Of a stretch of DNA of 64,000 nucleotides, positions 42,801 to 59,051 are shown piece by piece; positions within the stretch are counted from its first letter, which is position 1; the number at the start of each line of letters is the position of its first letter. The position numbers and the translations under genes are program-made. The notes beneath the pieces were generated by a model. It did not search any database. It was not told the DNA's origin and worked only from the letters and a program-made list of their open reading frames with translations. Origin of the DNA: Eledone cirrhosa (Eukaryota); the NCBI GenBank assembly GCA_964016885.1, contig OZ024760.1, positions 14,446,001 to 14,510,000 on the forward strand, in the 5' to 3' direction.

Positions 42801-45639
42801 TACATTACTGCTACTTTATTTTATCGACCCTGTAAGGATGAAAGGCAAAGTTAACCTTGGCGAGTTTTGATCTCAGATCATAAAGGGTCGTAACTCTATG
42901 TTGTAAAGCATGGTGTCTGACGCTCTAACGATACTGCCCATCCACCGCCATTAAAACAAAAAATAATGAAAGTTAAAAGAATATGTAGGGTTGACAAGAC
43001 TATCGGGCCACCCTGTACTGTTTAAAGCTGAGTTGAGGGAGGGTGGAGATGAGATAGACTGGACTGACAACAAGAGTGGACAGGTGACAATACTATTTCA
43101 GAGAATAGAAACCAGAGGCAATTGTTGACCATGAAACTGCACCACAATGGTCAGCTATGCACCAACAGTTGGCTGCACCCCAACAACCAGCTATGCACCC
43201 CAACAGCTGGCTGCTGCACCAACAACCAGCTATGCACCCCAACAGCTGGCTGCTGCACCAACAACCAGCTATGCACCCCAACAACTGGCTGGTGACCCAA
43301 CAACCAGCTATGCACCAAAAGCTGGCTGCTGCACCAACAACCAGCTATGCACCCCAACAACTGGCTGCTGCACCAACAACCAGATATGCACCCCAACAAC
43401 TGGCTGCTGCCCCAATAACCAGCTGCCCCAGTTAAGGGAACTCATTGATGATGTAGGAAAAGGGCTAACAACTGTTCTTTTACATTTCAGAGATATAGAA
43501 ATGTTCCTTTCTAATATTCATAGAAATGAAGCTGGTTACATAATGGGGGCTGGAGTTGCGAAGATGACCTGGAGATATATCTATAACAATAATGTGAGTA
43601 GACTAATTCCCACACATATCCACATACATACATATATACATTCATATATATACATTCATACATATACATACATATATACATTCATATATATACATTCATA
43701 CATATACATACATATATACATTCATACATATACATACAGGCATACAGGCATACATACATATATACATTCAGACATATACTTACATTCATACATATACATA
43801 CATGCATACATGCATACATACATCCATTCATACATATACATACATGCATACATATCCATACATGCATACACACATTCATACATTTATATACATTCATACA
43901 TATACATACATGCATACATACATATATACATTCATACATATATATACATTCAATCATATATATGCATATATGCATACATATACATTCATCATCATCATCG
44001 TTAAACGTCTATCTTCCACGCTAGCATGGGTTAGACGAGAATTGTCCCTTTTGAGGCAAAATTGGTCGGGTGACCGTGTCTCACTCGTATAGGACTATCT
44101 GGCAGGTTTTCTTCCTAACACCAACCACATTTACAGTGTGGACTGGAAGCTTTTTACTGTGTTACCTACATGACCACATTACAGCGTGGACTGTGTTTTT
44201 TTTTTTTTGTCGTGACACCTACACAACCTCGTTAGTTTGGACCAACATATCTTTATATATTTATATGATATGTAGATACCCGAGTTGTGTCAGGGGGTAA
44301 CCACAGTTAAAAGAGGTACTCAATACATTGGTAGAGTATAGGCATTTTTTATATTTTATATAGAAATGATTTCTACAGGACTAGAACTGTTTCATCATCA
44401 TCATCATCATCGTTGTTTAATGTCCATTTTCCATGCTAGCACAGGTTAGACATGATGTCCTTTTGTGAAACAGCCAGGTCGGAGGACTGTGTTTTGCTCA
44501 TACAGAACTGATATTTGCTTGGTTTCTATGACTAGAAGCCCTTCCTAACACCTATCATATTTACAGTGAGTACTGGGCGCTTTTTGTCATGACACCTACA
44601 TGACCACTTTACAGTGTAGATTGTGCATTTTTTTTTGACACCTGCACGACCACTTTACAGCATGGGCTGGGTGCTTCTTGTCATGACACCTACATGACCA
44701 TTTTACAGCGTGGACTGGGTGTTTTTTGTCGTGATTCCTACACAACCACTCTACAGTGTGGGCTGGATGCTTTTTGTTGTGACACCTACATGACCACTTT
44801 ACAGCATAATGTTTTCTTTTTGTATTATTATAGCAGAATCGGTAGCGTCTTGGACACCATGCTTTGTAGCATAGAGTTATGGCCCTTTACGTTCTGAGAT
44901 CAAATCCTGCCGAGATTAACTTTGCATTTCATCCTTACGTGGGTCGATAAAATAAAGTACCAGTCATGCACTGGGGTCGATTTAATCGACCTACCCCTCC
45001 CCAAAATTGCTGGCCTTGTGTCTAAAGTAGAAACAATTATTATTATTATTTTTATTTATAAATAAATATAATAAATAAAGAAATAAAGAAAGAAAGCATT
45101 ATTATCTCTCCCAGGCTTGGAATTGGCAGAGGAAATTTTCTGGAATGTTCAGTTCCAATCCAACACGCTTCAAAGAACTGTATACATACACTTACTAGTA
45201 AGTATTCATTGATATTATCAACATTTATTGACTGAGTTGGTAGGGAGAGCATGACATGGCATGCACTGTGGTTTTTGCTCTGTCTTTTGGCAATCTGAGA
45301 CTGTGTATACTATCAATCTCAACTTGGCACTTTCATCTCTTCAGACAATAGAAAAGCAGATGTAAAATGCTGATGAGTCTCTCTCTCTCTCTCCCTCTCT
45401 CTCTCTCTCTCCCCTCTCTCTCTCTCTCTCTCTCTCCCTCTCTCTCTCTTTATGTACATATACATATATACATGTAAAGAATTCGAAGTTTGAAAGCCAC
45501 GACAGTCCGAGTTGGATGGAAATAATTATGTTGTAAGAAACAAGGTTTGTTTTTTTATCTTAATTTATTCATATGTCCTGATATTTCGGGATTAATATCT
45601 CTTCTTCTGAGGAAAATAAAGGAACTATTCCAGTGTCCA

Positions 45640-45689
<50 letters not shown>

Positions 45690-45780
45690 AAAGGATAACA
45701 AGGACGATTGGTTACTCATGGGTGAACCTGCAGTAACTCCAAGTTACACTCCCTAGATATATAAATATATATATATAAAT

Positions 45781-45834
<54 letters not shown>

Positions 45835-48800
45835 TAGCTGAATAACCCGGCGTTGAGAAAGATACCCCCCCCTCTTATATATTATAACACCCCTCTCTCT
45901 CTATATATATATATATCTAACCCCCTCTCTCTATATATATATTATAACACCCTTCTCTCTATATATAATAACCCATCCCTTTCTCTATATTATAGCCCCC
46001 TCTCTCTAAATATGTTATAACCCCATCTCTCTCTCCTTTCCAAACGTTGCAATGCTCTTTGATTTTCTTTCTCCGTAGATTTTCGTAGATTGTTTACCAC
46101 CCCCCTTCCATTGTTTTAGCACGGCTCACGGACGTCATTCGACTTTTATTTATATTACTGAAAGCGTGGCACACACAGTCGGACATACGGTACGAGCGTA
46201 TTAATATGTAAATATATGTATATATGCGTGTATATATGTATTTATATGTGTATGTATATATATGTGTGTATATGTGTGTATATATGTATATATATGTATA
46301 TATGTGTTTATATGTATATATATGTATATATATATGTGTGTATATATATATATATATATGTGTATATATATATATATGTGTGTATATATATGTATATATA
46401 TATGTACATATATATATATATATATATATGTGTATATATGTGTTTATTTCTGTATATACGTATATATGTGTTTATATATGTATATATGTATATGTATGTA
46501 TATATATATATATATATGTATATATATGAGTATATATATGTGTATGTATATATATATATATGTATATATATGAGTATATATATGTGTATGTATATATCAT
46601 CATCATCATCATCAACGTTTAACGTCCGTGTTCCACGCTTGCATGGGTTTGGACGGGGGTAGTCCCACTTGAGGCAAGAGTGATTGTCTTGCTCTCATAG
46701 GACTGTCTGGCAGGTTTTCTACAGTTGGATGCCCTTCCTAACACCAACCACATTTACAGTGTGGGTCTGGGAGGTTTTTACCGTGTTGCCTACACGGCCA
46801 CATTACAGCGTGGACTGTGTGTTTTTTTGTCGTGACACCTACACGATCTCATTTGTTTCGGCCTCGATGGCGCGGCACCAACATAACTTTACATAGAACG
46901 GGGTGGTGTGGATCGGGTGGGGGTGGTGGTGGTGGGACGGGGTGTATTTTGTTAGAGATGCCTACTGGCTGGAGTAGGTTTTACTATATATTTAGGTAAG
47001 GCGGGTCTTATACACGTATATATATGAGTATATATATGTGTATGTATATATATATATGTATATATATGTGTATATATATGTGTGTATGTATATATATATA
47101 TATATATGTGTATATATATATATATGTGTGTATATATATATATGTGTGTATGTATATATATATATATATATGTGTATATATATATATATATATGTGTGTA
47201 TATGATATACATATATATGGCTGTTGTGAGAGTATGGATATGTGAGTAAGCATAAGCATGTGTACTGACCAAGTAAAGGGATGTACAAGAATACACATAG
47301 TAGCAGCCGAGAGGGTCTGTGTAGAAAAGAGGAGGTAGTGAATATGGTCATGGCCTGGATATCTCATTACGTGGTATGGTTGTAAAAGAAGCTGCATTGT
47401 TTCAGATGTGACAATACGGTGGTACAACCATAAACAGCTAAGCTGGAAGGTGTGAAGTCATTAAGTGCATGGGAAGTAGTGAGGATGGAGGAAACATTCA
47501 ACACTGCTGATGGCACAGCCACAGCACTGGGTGCCACACGAGCACAGATAAGTGCGCAAGAGATACAAGCACACACGGATGTTAGGACTGTAATGTGTGT
47601 CGCTGGTCTGTGTGGCCATGTGTACATATATGTGCATGCATCAGTAAGTGTAGGATTGATGGTTGTGTGTGTGCAGAAGTAGATGTGTGTTGGGTGGTAT
47701 ATATGGATGTTGTAAATGTGGGTGTGTATTGTGTGATGGCTGGAGTTGTGAGTATGTATATATGTGTGTGTGTTTGTGTGTGAGAGCAAGAGTAATGGAA
47801 GGTTTTAGGAATTGTATGTGTGTGTGTGGGGGGGGGGGTAATTGAGTCTATTTGGAAAAGTGGTTCCATGGCAGAAAATTAAGTTCTGCTCGGTCCTGCT
47901 GTGAGTGGCTGTGGATCCGTAGAGTGAAAGGAGGCCTGAGACAGTGGGCTGTTAGAGTAGAGTGGTTGGGGAAATGGAAGTGACAAGTGACAGGGGTGTC
48001 TTCACCTAGTCGTATGTCCCTTAGGTGTTTGGCAAATCAGTTTCTTCTATAATATTCTATTTGCAGTGACTTCATTGAGCATGGCACAGCCTTTAAAGAA
48101 GACATCATGTTTGTACTCATTGGATACAGTATTATGGGAATTTACATCATAATCTGTCTCGGAAGATGTAACCTTCTTGATCAAAAAGTATGCTGCTGCT
48201 CTCATCTTTATACCCTAGCCCTAAACTTACCACTAACCCTAACCTTAGTTCTAACTCTATCACTAACCTTAACCCTGGTGGACAAATGTATGGTGCTGGT
48301 GTCATATTTATATCCTAATGCTACCTCTAACCTGAACACTATCCCTAACCTCTAACTCTACCCCTACCACTAACCTTAACTGTAACCCTATCATTAACTG
48401 AACTTGTAAACTTAAGGCTAAACCTTACACCATTCTTAACCCTGCTTCATTCTAACCTTAATCTAAACCAGTCATGGGCAACCTGTGGTCCACATGTGGC
48501 CAGCAAAGCTTTCTGAATGGCTCGCCTAAGTCACCTAAGTGAAATCTTTCTCATTTTTTTACACCAACTTTTCAGTCGTAATTTATCTTTCTATCATTTT
48601 TACGATTGAGGAAAACAATGTGTACAAATTCTGAGGAAACAAATCAAAACAACCTGAGTTACCACTCTTTTTTTTTTAATGTGGGCATGAATGTAAATTA
48701 GCGCTAGCGGCCCACCTAATGATGAGCCATATCTCATGCGGCCCACTTCTTGAAAAAGGTTGCCCATGCCTGATCTAAACCCAACTCTTACCCTACCTAT

Positions 48801-51800
48801 AAATCTAAACCCAACACTAGCCTTAACCTTAAACCTGACTCTAAGCTTAACCCTCTTACACAATTGTATGGTGCTGGTGTCATAATTATATCCTAATACT
48901 ACCTCTAATCTGAACTCTAAACCTAATCTTAACTCTAGCCTTAACTCTACTTCATTAGCACTAGCCCTAACCCTAACCCAAACTCTACCCCTAGTGCTAA
49001 CTCTATCCCTAACTCTTACTTTAACCATACTATTAACATTATCTCTAACCAACCCTAAACCTACAATTCGCTCAACCCTCTAACCCAAAGCCTACCATTA
49101 ATGCTAACCTAATTATAATCCTCCCTCTAACACTAATATTAAATCTAACCCTAACCTTAATCCTAATCCTAAAACTAACACTAATGCAAACCAGAAAATT
49201 TAAAAAAAAATGAATAAGAAACATATTTAAAAGAGATAATATACCTATGACTTCTGTTTGTACCTTTATTCCAGATAGGCCTAGCTTTTGTTGGTATCAT
49301 GTGTATTGGAATTGGGTACTTCACTACACTTGGTATTGGTGGCTTATTGAACATCAATTATGGAATCCTAAATAGAGTTTTAGCCCTTTTGCTTCTTGGT
49401 AAGTCCCTCTTTTCTCACTAACACTTTTCAGGGTGCACTAGGTGCATTTTATAGTGGCATCAGCACTAAGGAAAATGTTATATCTTTGACACAACTGAAG
49501 AGCTTTCTCCACCTTTATTTGATGTGGTTTCTATTAATGGATGCCCTTCTTAATGACAATTATATGACTGTGTGTACTGGGTGCATTTAATCATGGTACT
49601 AGCACTAGAGAGGTTCTCATATCCTTGACACAACTGGATTGTCCTTTCTGCCCTTATTTACTGTGGTTTCTAGAGCTAGATACCCTTCCTAACACCAACC
49701 ACTTTACAGAGTGCACTGGGTACATTTCAGCAGAGAGGTTGTCATGTTCTTGACTCAACTAAAGAGTCCTTTCTACCCTGATTTGCTATGGTTTCTACAG
49801 CTAGATTCTCTTCTTAATGCCAACCAATTTACAAGGTACACTGGGTGCATTTTATTATTGCACCAGCACTATGGAAGTTGTCACGTCTTTGATACAACTG
49901 AAGAGTCTGCTTTCCTTGTTTTACGAGCTTTCTATTGCCAGATGCCTTTCCTAACATCAGTTACTTTACAGGATGTACTGGGAGCATTTGATCTTGGGGC
50001 TCCCACTAGAGAGTTTGTCAAGCCTTAGATGTCTGCTCTATCCTTATTTGGTGTGGTTTCTATGGCTGGATAGAGGTGGTGAATTGGCAGAGTTGTTAGA
50101 ATGTCAGATAGCATTCTTTGCAGTATTCGTTCCGACTCTCTGCTCTCTGAGTTCAAATCGTGCCGAGGTCAACTTTGCCTTTCTTTCATTTAAGGTCAAA
50201 ATAAAGGGACCAGTCTAGTACTAGTGTCAATTCTTCCTCTCTCTCTATATCTCCCATCTTTCTCTCACTCTCTAGCCTTCTCTGGAAGAAATCTACTGTA
50301 TTCATATCTAGAAAGAAGACGGGCTCTGCCAGGTTTAAAAATGCCCTAGAAACCAGACCTCAAGAGTTACGGGGTCATGCATGTATGCTATGGCTGTATG
50401 CTCCTTTTTATGCCAACCCCTTTACATGGTTTCTTAATTCTTTTAAATGAATTTATTTATCTATTTGACTTTAGGGATTGGTATTGATGACATGTTTGTG
50501 ATTCTTGGAGCACTGAACAACTTATCAGCATTGGAAAAAGATCGTCCTGTGCATGAACAGATTGGTCTCATCATGAAACATGCTGGTGTTTCTATCACTA
50601 TCACAACACTCAGTGACATCATTGCTTTTGCAATCGGAGCTACTTCAGTAAGTTGTTGTAGTTACTCTAGTTGTTTGTATTGTTGTTGTTGTTGTTTGTA
50701 TTGTTGTAGTTGTATGGAACCACATTAGCAAGGCATTCTTGAAAAGTGCAAAAGCTACACTATGACTGTATCACATAAACAAATTAAGGTCTTTACCCTG
50801 AAAATGCAAATTCTCATCACAATCTGTCCACTAGTAAAGATACTATAAACATTTTAATAAACAAACCACATGAAACCACATTGGCAAGAATTCAGCTAAG
50901 CCTGTATAGGTGTGAACTGTAACAACAGCATGATAGGACTGGGGTCCCTATCATTAAAACACCCCTAAAACCTCCTACAAGATACTGCCTTGTAGAAGAT
51001 CAGTTAAATCTGCATAGATGGGAGCTGTAAATTTCGTTTTTTTTTCATTTTGTAATACAGCATGTGGTGTATAATTTAGTGAGGGGGTTTTCGGATGGAA
51101 ACAGCAATTCAAATAGAATGTTGTCTGTTAAAAATAACATTAACAAAGTTGTAGGAATTTTACCTTGGAGGTGCTTAACCCTTTAGCATTTAAACCAGCC
51201 GCATCCAGCCAGAATTCTCTCCCCCCCCCCCTTTCTGTAATTGGTTGCTCATACCAATGTTAATGTATTGTTCTCAAAATAAATAACATTAAAAGCTCAT
51301 AGCTTTGATATTATGTGAGATAAAACCTTTACTGTGAAAATACAATAGTAAATGTAGAGTAATGTAAATTTATGTGAGATATTATATGAGATAATTATGT
51401 GAGATAAAGCCTTTACTGTGAAAATACCATAGTAAATGTAGAGTAATGTAAATGTTATGTGAGATAATTATGTGAGATAAAGCCTTTACTGTGAAAATAC
51501 AATAGTAAATGCAGAGTAATGTAAATGTGAGATATTAGGTGAGATAATTATGTGAGATAAAGCCTTTAATGTGAAAATACCATAGTAAATGTAGAGTAAT
51601 GCAAATGTTATATGAGATAATTATGTGAGATAAAGCCTTTACTGTGAAAATACAATAATAAATGTTGAGTAATGTAAATGGTAAAGTTTTAATTAATCCT
51701 TAATATTCCAGGATAGAATGCCTTCATCAAAAGTAGAGTTAAGGCATCTACATCAGAGTGGGATACCTTGTATTATTCTTATGCTGGCATATTTTAATGT

Positions 51801-54800
51801 CCTTTTTGCATTACAGTAGCCTTCTGAAAAACACTATTTTTTTTCTTCACTTTCCTCTATGCAAACTACAGCATGCTCTTAACTATATGTAGTTGTGTTT
51901 TTGTGTCCATCTAGGCATTTCCAGGTCTTCGTACGTTTTGTCTTTACAACTGCATTGGAATTCTGCTTATCTATTTGATGCAAATTACATTTTTTGCAAG
52001 CTGTGTGTCTATAGATTTAAGGAGAATTCTCGACAACCGAGATGGACTATTTTGTTGTTACAAACACACCGATTACACTCCAAACGAATGCAGTAAAAAG
52101 GATCTGCTGAGTACAGTATTTTCTACCTTTGCAACGAAAATCCTTTGCAGAAAACCTGTTAAGGTTAGTGTTTATCACTTTGATTCAATCCTTTTGTTCA
52201 CCCAGTAAACTCTGTAAATGCACCCATTGTATGAATGTATGTATGATCCCGTAACTCCTGATAGTGTCGTAGGGGTGCTGTATTGACATACAGTGTTTCT
52301 TGGCCATTTTAAGCCTGGCGGAGCCCATCCCTCTCCAGGCCTGGTGCACCCATTACTCTCTGTAATGTGGCAGTGCTGGTGCTATGAATAAATACACCTG
52401 GTACACTATGTAAAGTTGTAGTGCTGGTGCCATTATAAGATGTACCCAGTACAGTCAGTTAAATAGTGCTGGTGTCAAGATAAAACGCAGGTGTGAGCCT
52501 TGTGAGCGGGAATGGCTCTTCCAGCGCTTCTCCCTTACCTTCCTCCGGGGAAACGCCTTCTCCATTCTGTCCGCTGGGGCAGTAGGGAGGCCAGCATGTG
52601 GGACCCAATTTGCTCACCATCCAGAGAGATGGAGGCGATGACAGTGGGAGTTCGGCTCTTCCACGTTCGAACCATACCATTGTGGTTGTGTTCATTAAGC
52701 AGTTCCCTATAGAGAGGCAGAATGAGGTGGGGTGTATAATCCACCTATATGTATATATGATGATTTCCTTCGAATGAAACAGTTCTAGTCCTGTAGAACC
52801 CTGCTCTTCTAATCTATACTCCTATCCATCTTCTTATTCATTGTCTCTGCACAGATATTCACTGCTATTCACTTAACGACCTTAAATGAATAAATTAAGG
52901 TAAAAAAACAACAAGCCCTGTTTCTTATGAGTTAATTATTCTCCGCCCAAACCCACATTGTCATAGCTTTCAAACTCCCAATTTATTTAATTTTTACTTT
53001 TTTTTTTATTTAAAAAATGTTTTCAATTTCTTTGGCCTTTGTTAGGCAGCAGTTATATTGGTGACACTTATAATGGTGGGTTTCTGCTCCTGGAATATAA
53101 GTCAACTGCAGACAAATAACAACTGGCAGAGAGTGATGTATCCAACCAATTCTCACTACTACCGCTACTTCATAAACAATGAGAAGTATTTTCTATTACA
53201 TGAAGTTGGTGTTTATTGTAGTAAGTTTCCTCATCAACATTGATTCTTGCATATCCTCCAATCTTTGAAACATTGTGCATTTTGTGCATGCATATATGTA
53301 TGCACATACATATATGTATGCACATGCATATATGTATGCACATACACATTTTGTTTGTTTTATATATATATGTATATATATATATATGAGAAAATTGAAG
53401 AAAAATTTTCTCCGGTTCTTGCTTATCTCGTTATATATATGTATATATATATTACTGAATCTTTTGCATGTATATATATATATATATATATATGCATGCA
53501 AAAGATTCAGTAAGTCCAAAGAAAACTGGTGAGAGTACCAAGGTCAGCACTCGATGCTGATCAGAGTGTATATAATAAAAACAAAGTGGAGGTGTTACAT
53601 AAGAGATTTATTGCTCAACCCTGTTACAAATGTTTCTCAAGCAGTCGGCTCATGATCTGGGAGTCATCCCAGACAAGTCTCCAAGTCTGCCTCATCCTCA
53701 GACCAATGTTAACACAACAAATATCACATCAAATCTGTGGACGTACCAGCCAGAGACAAACAAGCATATAGAATCCAACGGACACACATATAACAAGCGT
53801 TACAAGACAATAAACGTTATAAACAAAACATCTCCTATGTAACACCTCCCCTTTGTTCTTATATATATATATAAATACTTCTACAGGATTAGAACTGTTT
53901 CATTCATATGAATCAAGAATGTGCTGATGATTTCATACGGATGAAACAGTTCTAGTCCTGTAGAAGTATTTCTATATTAAATAAAAATACTTACACTCTA
54001 CTAATGTATTGAGTACCTTTTTTAACTGTGGTTACCCTCCCCAATATTACTCAGGATCTACATACCATATTTCCTGGTATCGAAGACGCTGTTTTCTTCC
54101 TAAAATATTGAAATTCTACCATACATCCTGGAGACTGAAGGTTGCATTTCTCATAGGCATATCCTAACCCCAGAGGATATATATATATATACACACACAC
54201 ACATATATATGTGTGTGTGTATATATATGTATATATATATATATATATACACACACACATATATATACATATATATATGTTTGTAAAAGGTAAACAGAAA
54301 TAACAACACAAACGATTCAGTATATGGAAGGAATATATTAGTTTAACACTTGAATTATCATTAAGAGGGTTTCAACGTTTCGGACTTTAGTCCTTCATCA
54401 GAAGAAAGAATGAGAAATTAGAAAGAATGAAGGGACAGGCAGGGCGGAATCGGAAAAAATGTTTTTAGAGAAAAATAACCTGTCCATTTATGTTGCCATT
54501 TCTATATATGTGTGTGTTTATGTGTGTGTTTTTCCAGAAGATATTAGATATGTGGAGCATATGGATGCTCTAGAAGCCATGTCAAATGACCTGTCTCAGA
54601 GTCCTTACATACAACCAAACTACACAGTTGATTGGCTGTCTGCATTCCTTGAGTGGAACAGAACATCTAGTAAGTCTGATATCTATATTTATAAAAATGA
54701 AAATCTCTGTCTGTATGTAGCCAATGCATTTCCACAGTTTCCATCTGATTTTGTTCAAATTTGATACATAGGTTATTTAGCTCCCAGAGCATGTCAACAT

Positions 54801-57800
54801 ATAGTTTAAATCTTGCTCTTCCCTAAAATAGCAGAGTTCTAGGGCAATTTGAAGATGGCAACATTGAGGAGAAAGGGGGATCTTTATTTACACTGGTTAA
54901 AGGTGTGCCCGGCAACGACGGGTTCTTATGCTAGTATTTGATAAAGTTGAATTGACAGCTGATCTTGAACATGACCTTTGATCTCTAGTTCTGAGACTAA
55001 AATGCTCTTTTTTAATTGCCATAGAGAACCACTTTTGCTTTCCATTAGTCTGGCTAATCATATCCTCCAATAGAACAACTCTATACACATTCTTGGTCTG
55101 ATATTTTACACTGATTTGAGCTGGAATGATTATATCACATCTATTGCCAAGTCTGCTGCCTAGAAAGTGGGTTCGCTCTGTTATGCCAGAAAATCTTTCA
55201 TGTCTGAAAGTATCTTATATATTTCTTCTTCTGTATACATTCATCTTTGTATACAGAAGACCCAACTTCCCACAGATACAGATAGTATGCCCCCACCTCC
55301 TCGCACTGCAAAGTGGTAGTGTTGCGGTCAAAACAAAAAAGCACTCAGTACTCACTATAAAGTGGTTGTGTAGGTGTCATGACAAAAAATTACCCAGTCC
55401 ACACTGTAAAGTGGTCATGTTGGTGACACATTAAAAAGCACCCAGCACTCACTGTAAATGAGGTTGGTCTTAGGAAGGCCATCCAGCTGTAGAAATCAAG
55501 CCAGAATCAGTTCTGTATGATCAAGACATGGTCACCTGATCTGGCATTGCCCACAACAGGACATAACCCATGCTAACGTGGAAGAACAGTGATGATGATG
55601 ATGATGATGATGACTGTTGTCACATGCAGTCTGGTGCTCTTACCATGCACATTGAGAATCTCAATAAGATCTAAAGAAGAATTGACAACATTATTGGTTT
55701 TAACTTATGTTGGCTTCAATCACTATCACACAATTTTAACTTTTTAAATACTTTTATTTACAATTGTATAAATTTACAGTTGAATAGCACAAGTTTTAAA
55801 TATAATATAATAAAGGGAGGAGTGCGGGACTGCATCCTGAATATAGTTTTTGTAAAATATATTATTTGTAAAAATAAGTTGGATTACTTTGAATAAATAA
55901 TGAATGAATATTACATAATTTATGCACTCAATTTTGTAACTCTTGATTAAATATGATCATCATCATCATCACCGTTTACGTCCGTTCTTCCACGTTAGCA
56001 TGGGTTAGACGGGTTGTCCTGTTGTGGGCAGTGTCTGCTCGGCTGACCATGCCTTGCTCATACAGGAACTGATTTGGCTTGATTTCTACAGCTGGATGCC
56101 CTTCCTAAGACCAACCTCATTTACAGTGAGTGCTGGATGCTTTTTTGCCGTGGCACCTCCACGACCACTTTGCAGTGGGAGGGTGTGGGGGCATATTTTC
56201 TATATGCTTCAGCTTGTACCCATGGGAGGTCGGGTACTCTGTATTACTGCGTGACGATAAATAATTTTATTGCTCATTTCAAAATTTACTTCTTTAAAAT
56301 TTTCAAATGTCAACACTTCCGGTTAGCATCCATTATAACACTTATCGGGCGGTGGGTTGGCAGTATCAGTAGAGGGTCGGACGCCATGCTTTCCAGCATA
56401 GTTACGTCCCTTTACGATCTGAGTTCAAATCCCGCTGAGGTTGACCTTGCCTTTCATCCTTACGGGGTCGATAAAATAAAGTACCAGTAATGCACTGGGT
56501 AATTGCTGGCCTTGTGACTAAAGTAGAAACAATTATAACACTTATCACATCGCTTATATAAGCGTTCATATATTTGCATCGTTATATAAGGTTTATATTT
56601 CCATCGTTATATAAGGTTTATATTTCCGTAGCTAATTTTCTACTAATGTAGTTTATATATAATATAGTCTTTTTTAAATATATCATGGATTACTTTATTG
56701 ATTACAGAAGAGAGTGTAATACAGTCTCTCTTCAATTTCCGTGCATATTCTCAATTTCGATTTTATTTAATGTATCATATCTAAATGCATATAATATCAA
56801 TATGCACACTACACATGCTAGCAGAAAAACCACCCTTCGGGTGATTTTCTTCTAGTGTACATAAATAACATTACAAATGCGTAAGCCGATTGTAAGCCCG
56901 ACGCTCTAACCATTAAGCCTTGGAGGCAGTGCTAAACTAAGACATATTAAGGCCCTAAACACTGAAGTGGTTACGGTACCCCATAGATTCTTATATAAAA
57001 CACTTTAACCCTTTAGCATTTACATTACTCTATATATACTATTATACTTTTGTGGTAAAGGCTTTGTCTTATATAATTATCTCATATAATATCGAATCTA
57101 AGAGATTTTGATGTTATTTATTTTGAGATCAATACCTTAACATCAGTATGAGTGGCCATTTACAGCTAGTTTGAACAGAAAAAGGTGACAGAATTCTGGT
57201 TGGACGGCTGGTTTAAATGCTATAGGGTTAAAATAAGCATCATCAAACCAGTTGTGGTTTCAGGCAGTTCGATATTAAAAGTATTAACAAAGGTATTTTT
57301 ATATAAATTTATGATGGAAGCATTAATACAAACAATGTAGACCCAGAAAAACCTGGGATGATTTGATAAATTCCGAACTCACACACTTACACCTCTCTAA
57401 GACAATGTCACTGGACCAAGAGCTTTGGCGCTACGCAGTAATACAGAAGACCTGCCTTGCCTATGTACAAAGCGAAACCTACAGTCAGTAAGCACTTCTT
57501 AACCAAATATATATTCCATCCCACTACCCCTACTCCACCCCACCCCCACTCCCACCAACACCACCCTTTCTCTGTAAAGTTATGTTGGTACCACAACATC
57601 CAGCCCCAAATAAATGAGGTTGTGTAGGTGTCACGACAAAAAAACACACAGTCCACGCTGTAATGTGGCAGTGTGGGTAACATGGTAAAAACCTCCCAGT
57701 TCCACACTGTAAACGTGGTTGGTGTTAGGAAGGGCATCCAGCCGTAGAAAACCTGCCAGACAGCCCTATACGAGTGATACACGGTCACTCTACCATTCTT

Positions 57801-58452
57801 GCCTGAAGTGGAACAATTCCCGTCTAAACCCATGCTAGTGTGGAAGATATACATTAAACATTGATGATGCCGATGATGATGATGATGAATACATTATGAT
57901 GGAAGAATAAATATAAACAAATTAACCCTTTCATTACTATATTTCTTTTGTAAGACCATTCTTACTGTATATGGAAAAAAACTCTATAGAACCCTTCTTT
58001 ACTTGAGGCCCTAACAATGTGCTTATTTTACTTAATGGTTAATACATCCCTGCTTAGAGTTACTTATTTGAGCAAATGTCATTTTCCAATCTGTCTACTC
58101 TCGGACTGTGACAACCCATCCAAACCTTTCCAACATGGCAAATAGGCTTAATATTGTGATGGTGATGATGATGATAATGGTGCATGAATGTTATATATTG
58201 TATATAAATAAATAAATATAGCCTGACAGTGGGGTTTAGAACCTTCTAAGAAATGGAAAAAGATGAGTATTGTACATCAATACTCATCTTTTTCCATTTC
58301 TTAGAGGGCTCTAAACCCCACTGTCAGGCTAAAATTTCTTTAGTAAAAAATATGGTAAATGCTTCTATTTCTATTTTCAAACTTGCTCGCTGTTCAAAAC
58401 ATACTTGTCAAATATATATATATATATATATATAAATAATTCAAACTCAATT

Positions 58453-58503
<51 letters not shown>

Positions 58504-58637
58504 TTGAGTTTGAATTATTTTCCCACATCTTACGTTAACTATTTTTCCATTTTGACGTTATAGTCACTTATATATTATGAAATACTGTTGGCTTCACGCT
58601 CACAATAATTTCTATACTTTCATTTATATATATATAC

Positions 58638-58693
<56 letters not shown>

Positions 58694-59019
58694 TGTACCT
58701 CCGGCATTCGCGGAATTTTCTTTAGAACCTAACTAATAATTGTGTTCGTGGAAACCACCGCATATTCATGGAATCATAAATATATTCCTCGATTCTTTTA
58801 ATGTTTTTTTTAATGCTAAATTATTGACAACAATATACCATATTTGCTGGCCTATTGGATACCCCTTTGCATAAGATGGTCCCTCTTTTTTTAAAATTAT
58901 ATTTTACCTTATATTTTGACATTTATAGGCATTTTATGGACCATGTCCAATATTCGCAGTTTTTCACTCTTCACAGGTGCTCTAGGGACATAACCCCTGC
59001 GACTACTGGGGGACAACTG

Positions 59020-59051
<32 letters not shown>

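Noticed and set aside
48210-49195. Interstitial telomere or chromosome fusion site
   Set aside because: Highly degenerate, single orientation, no head-to-head junction; a similar tract occurs at 26.3 kb.
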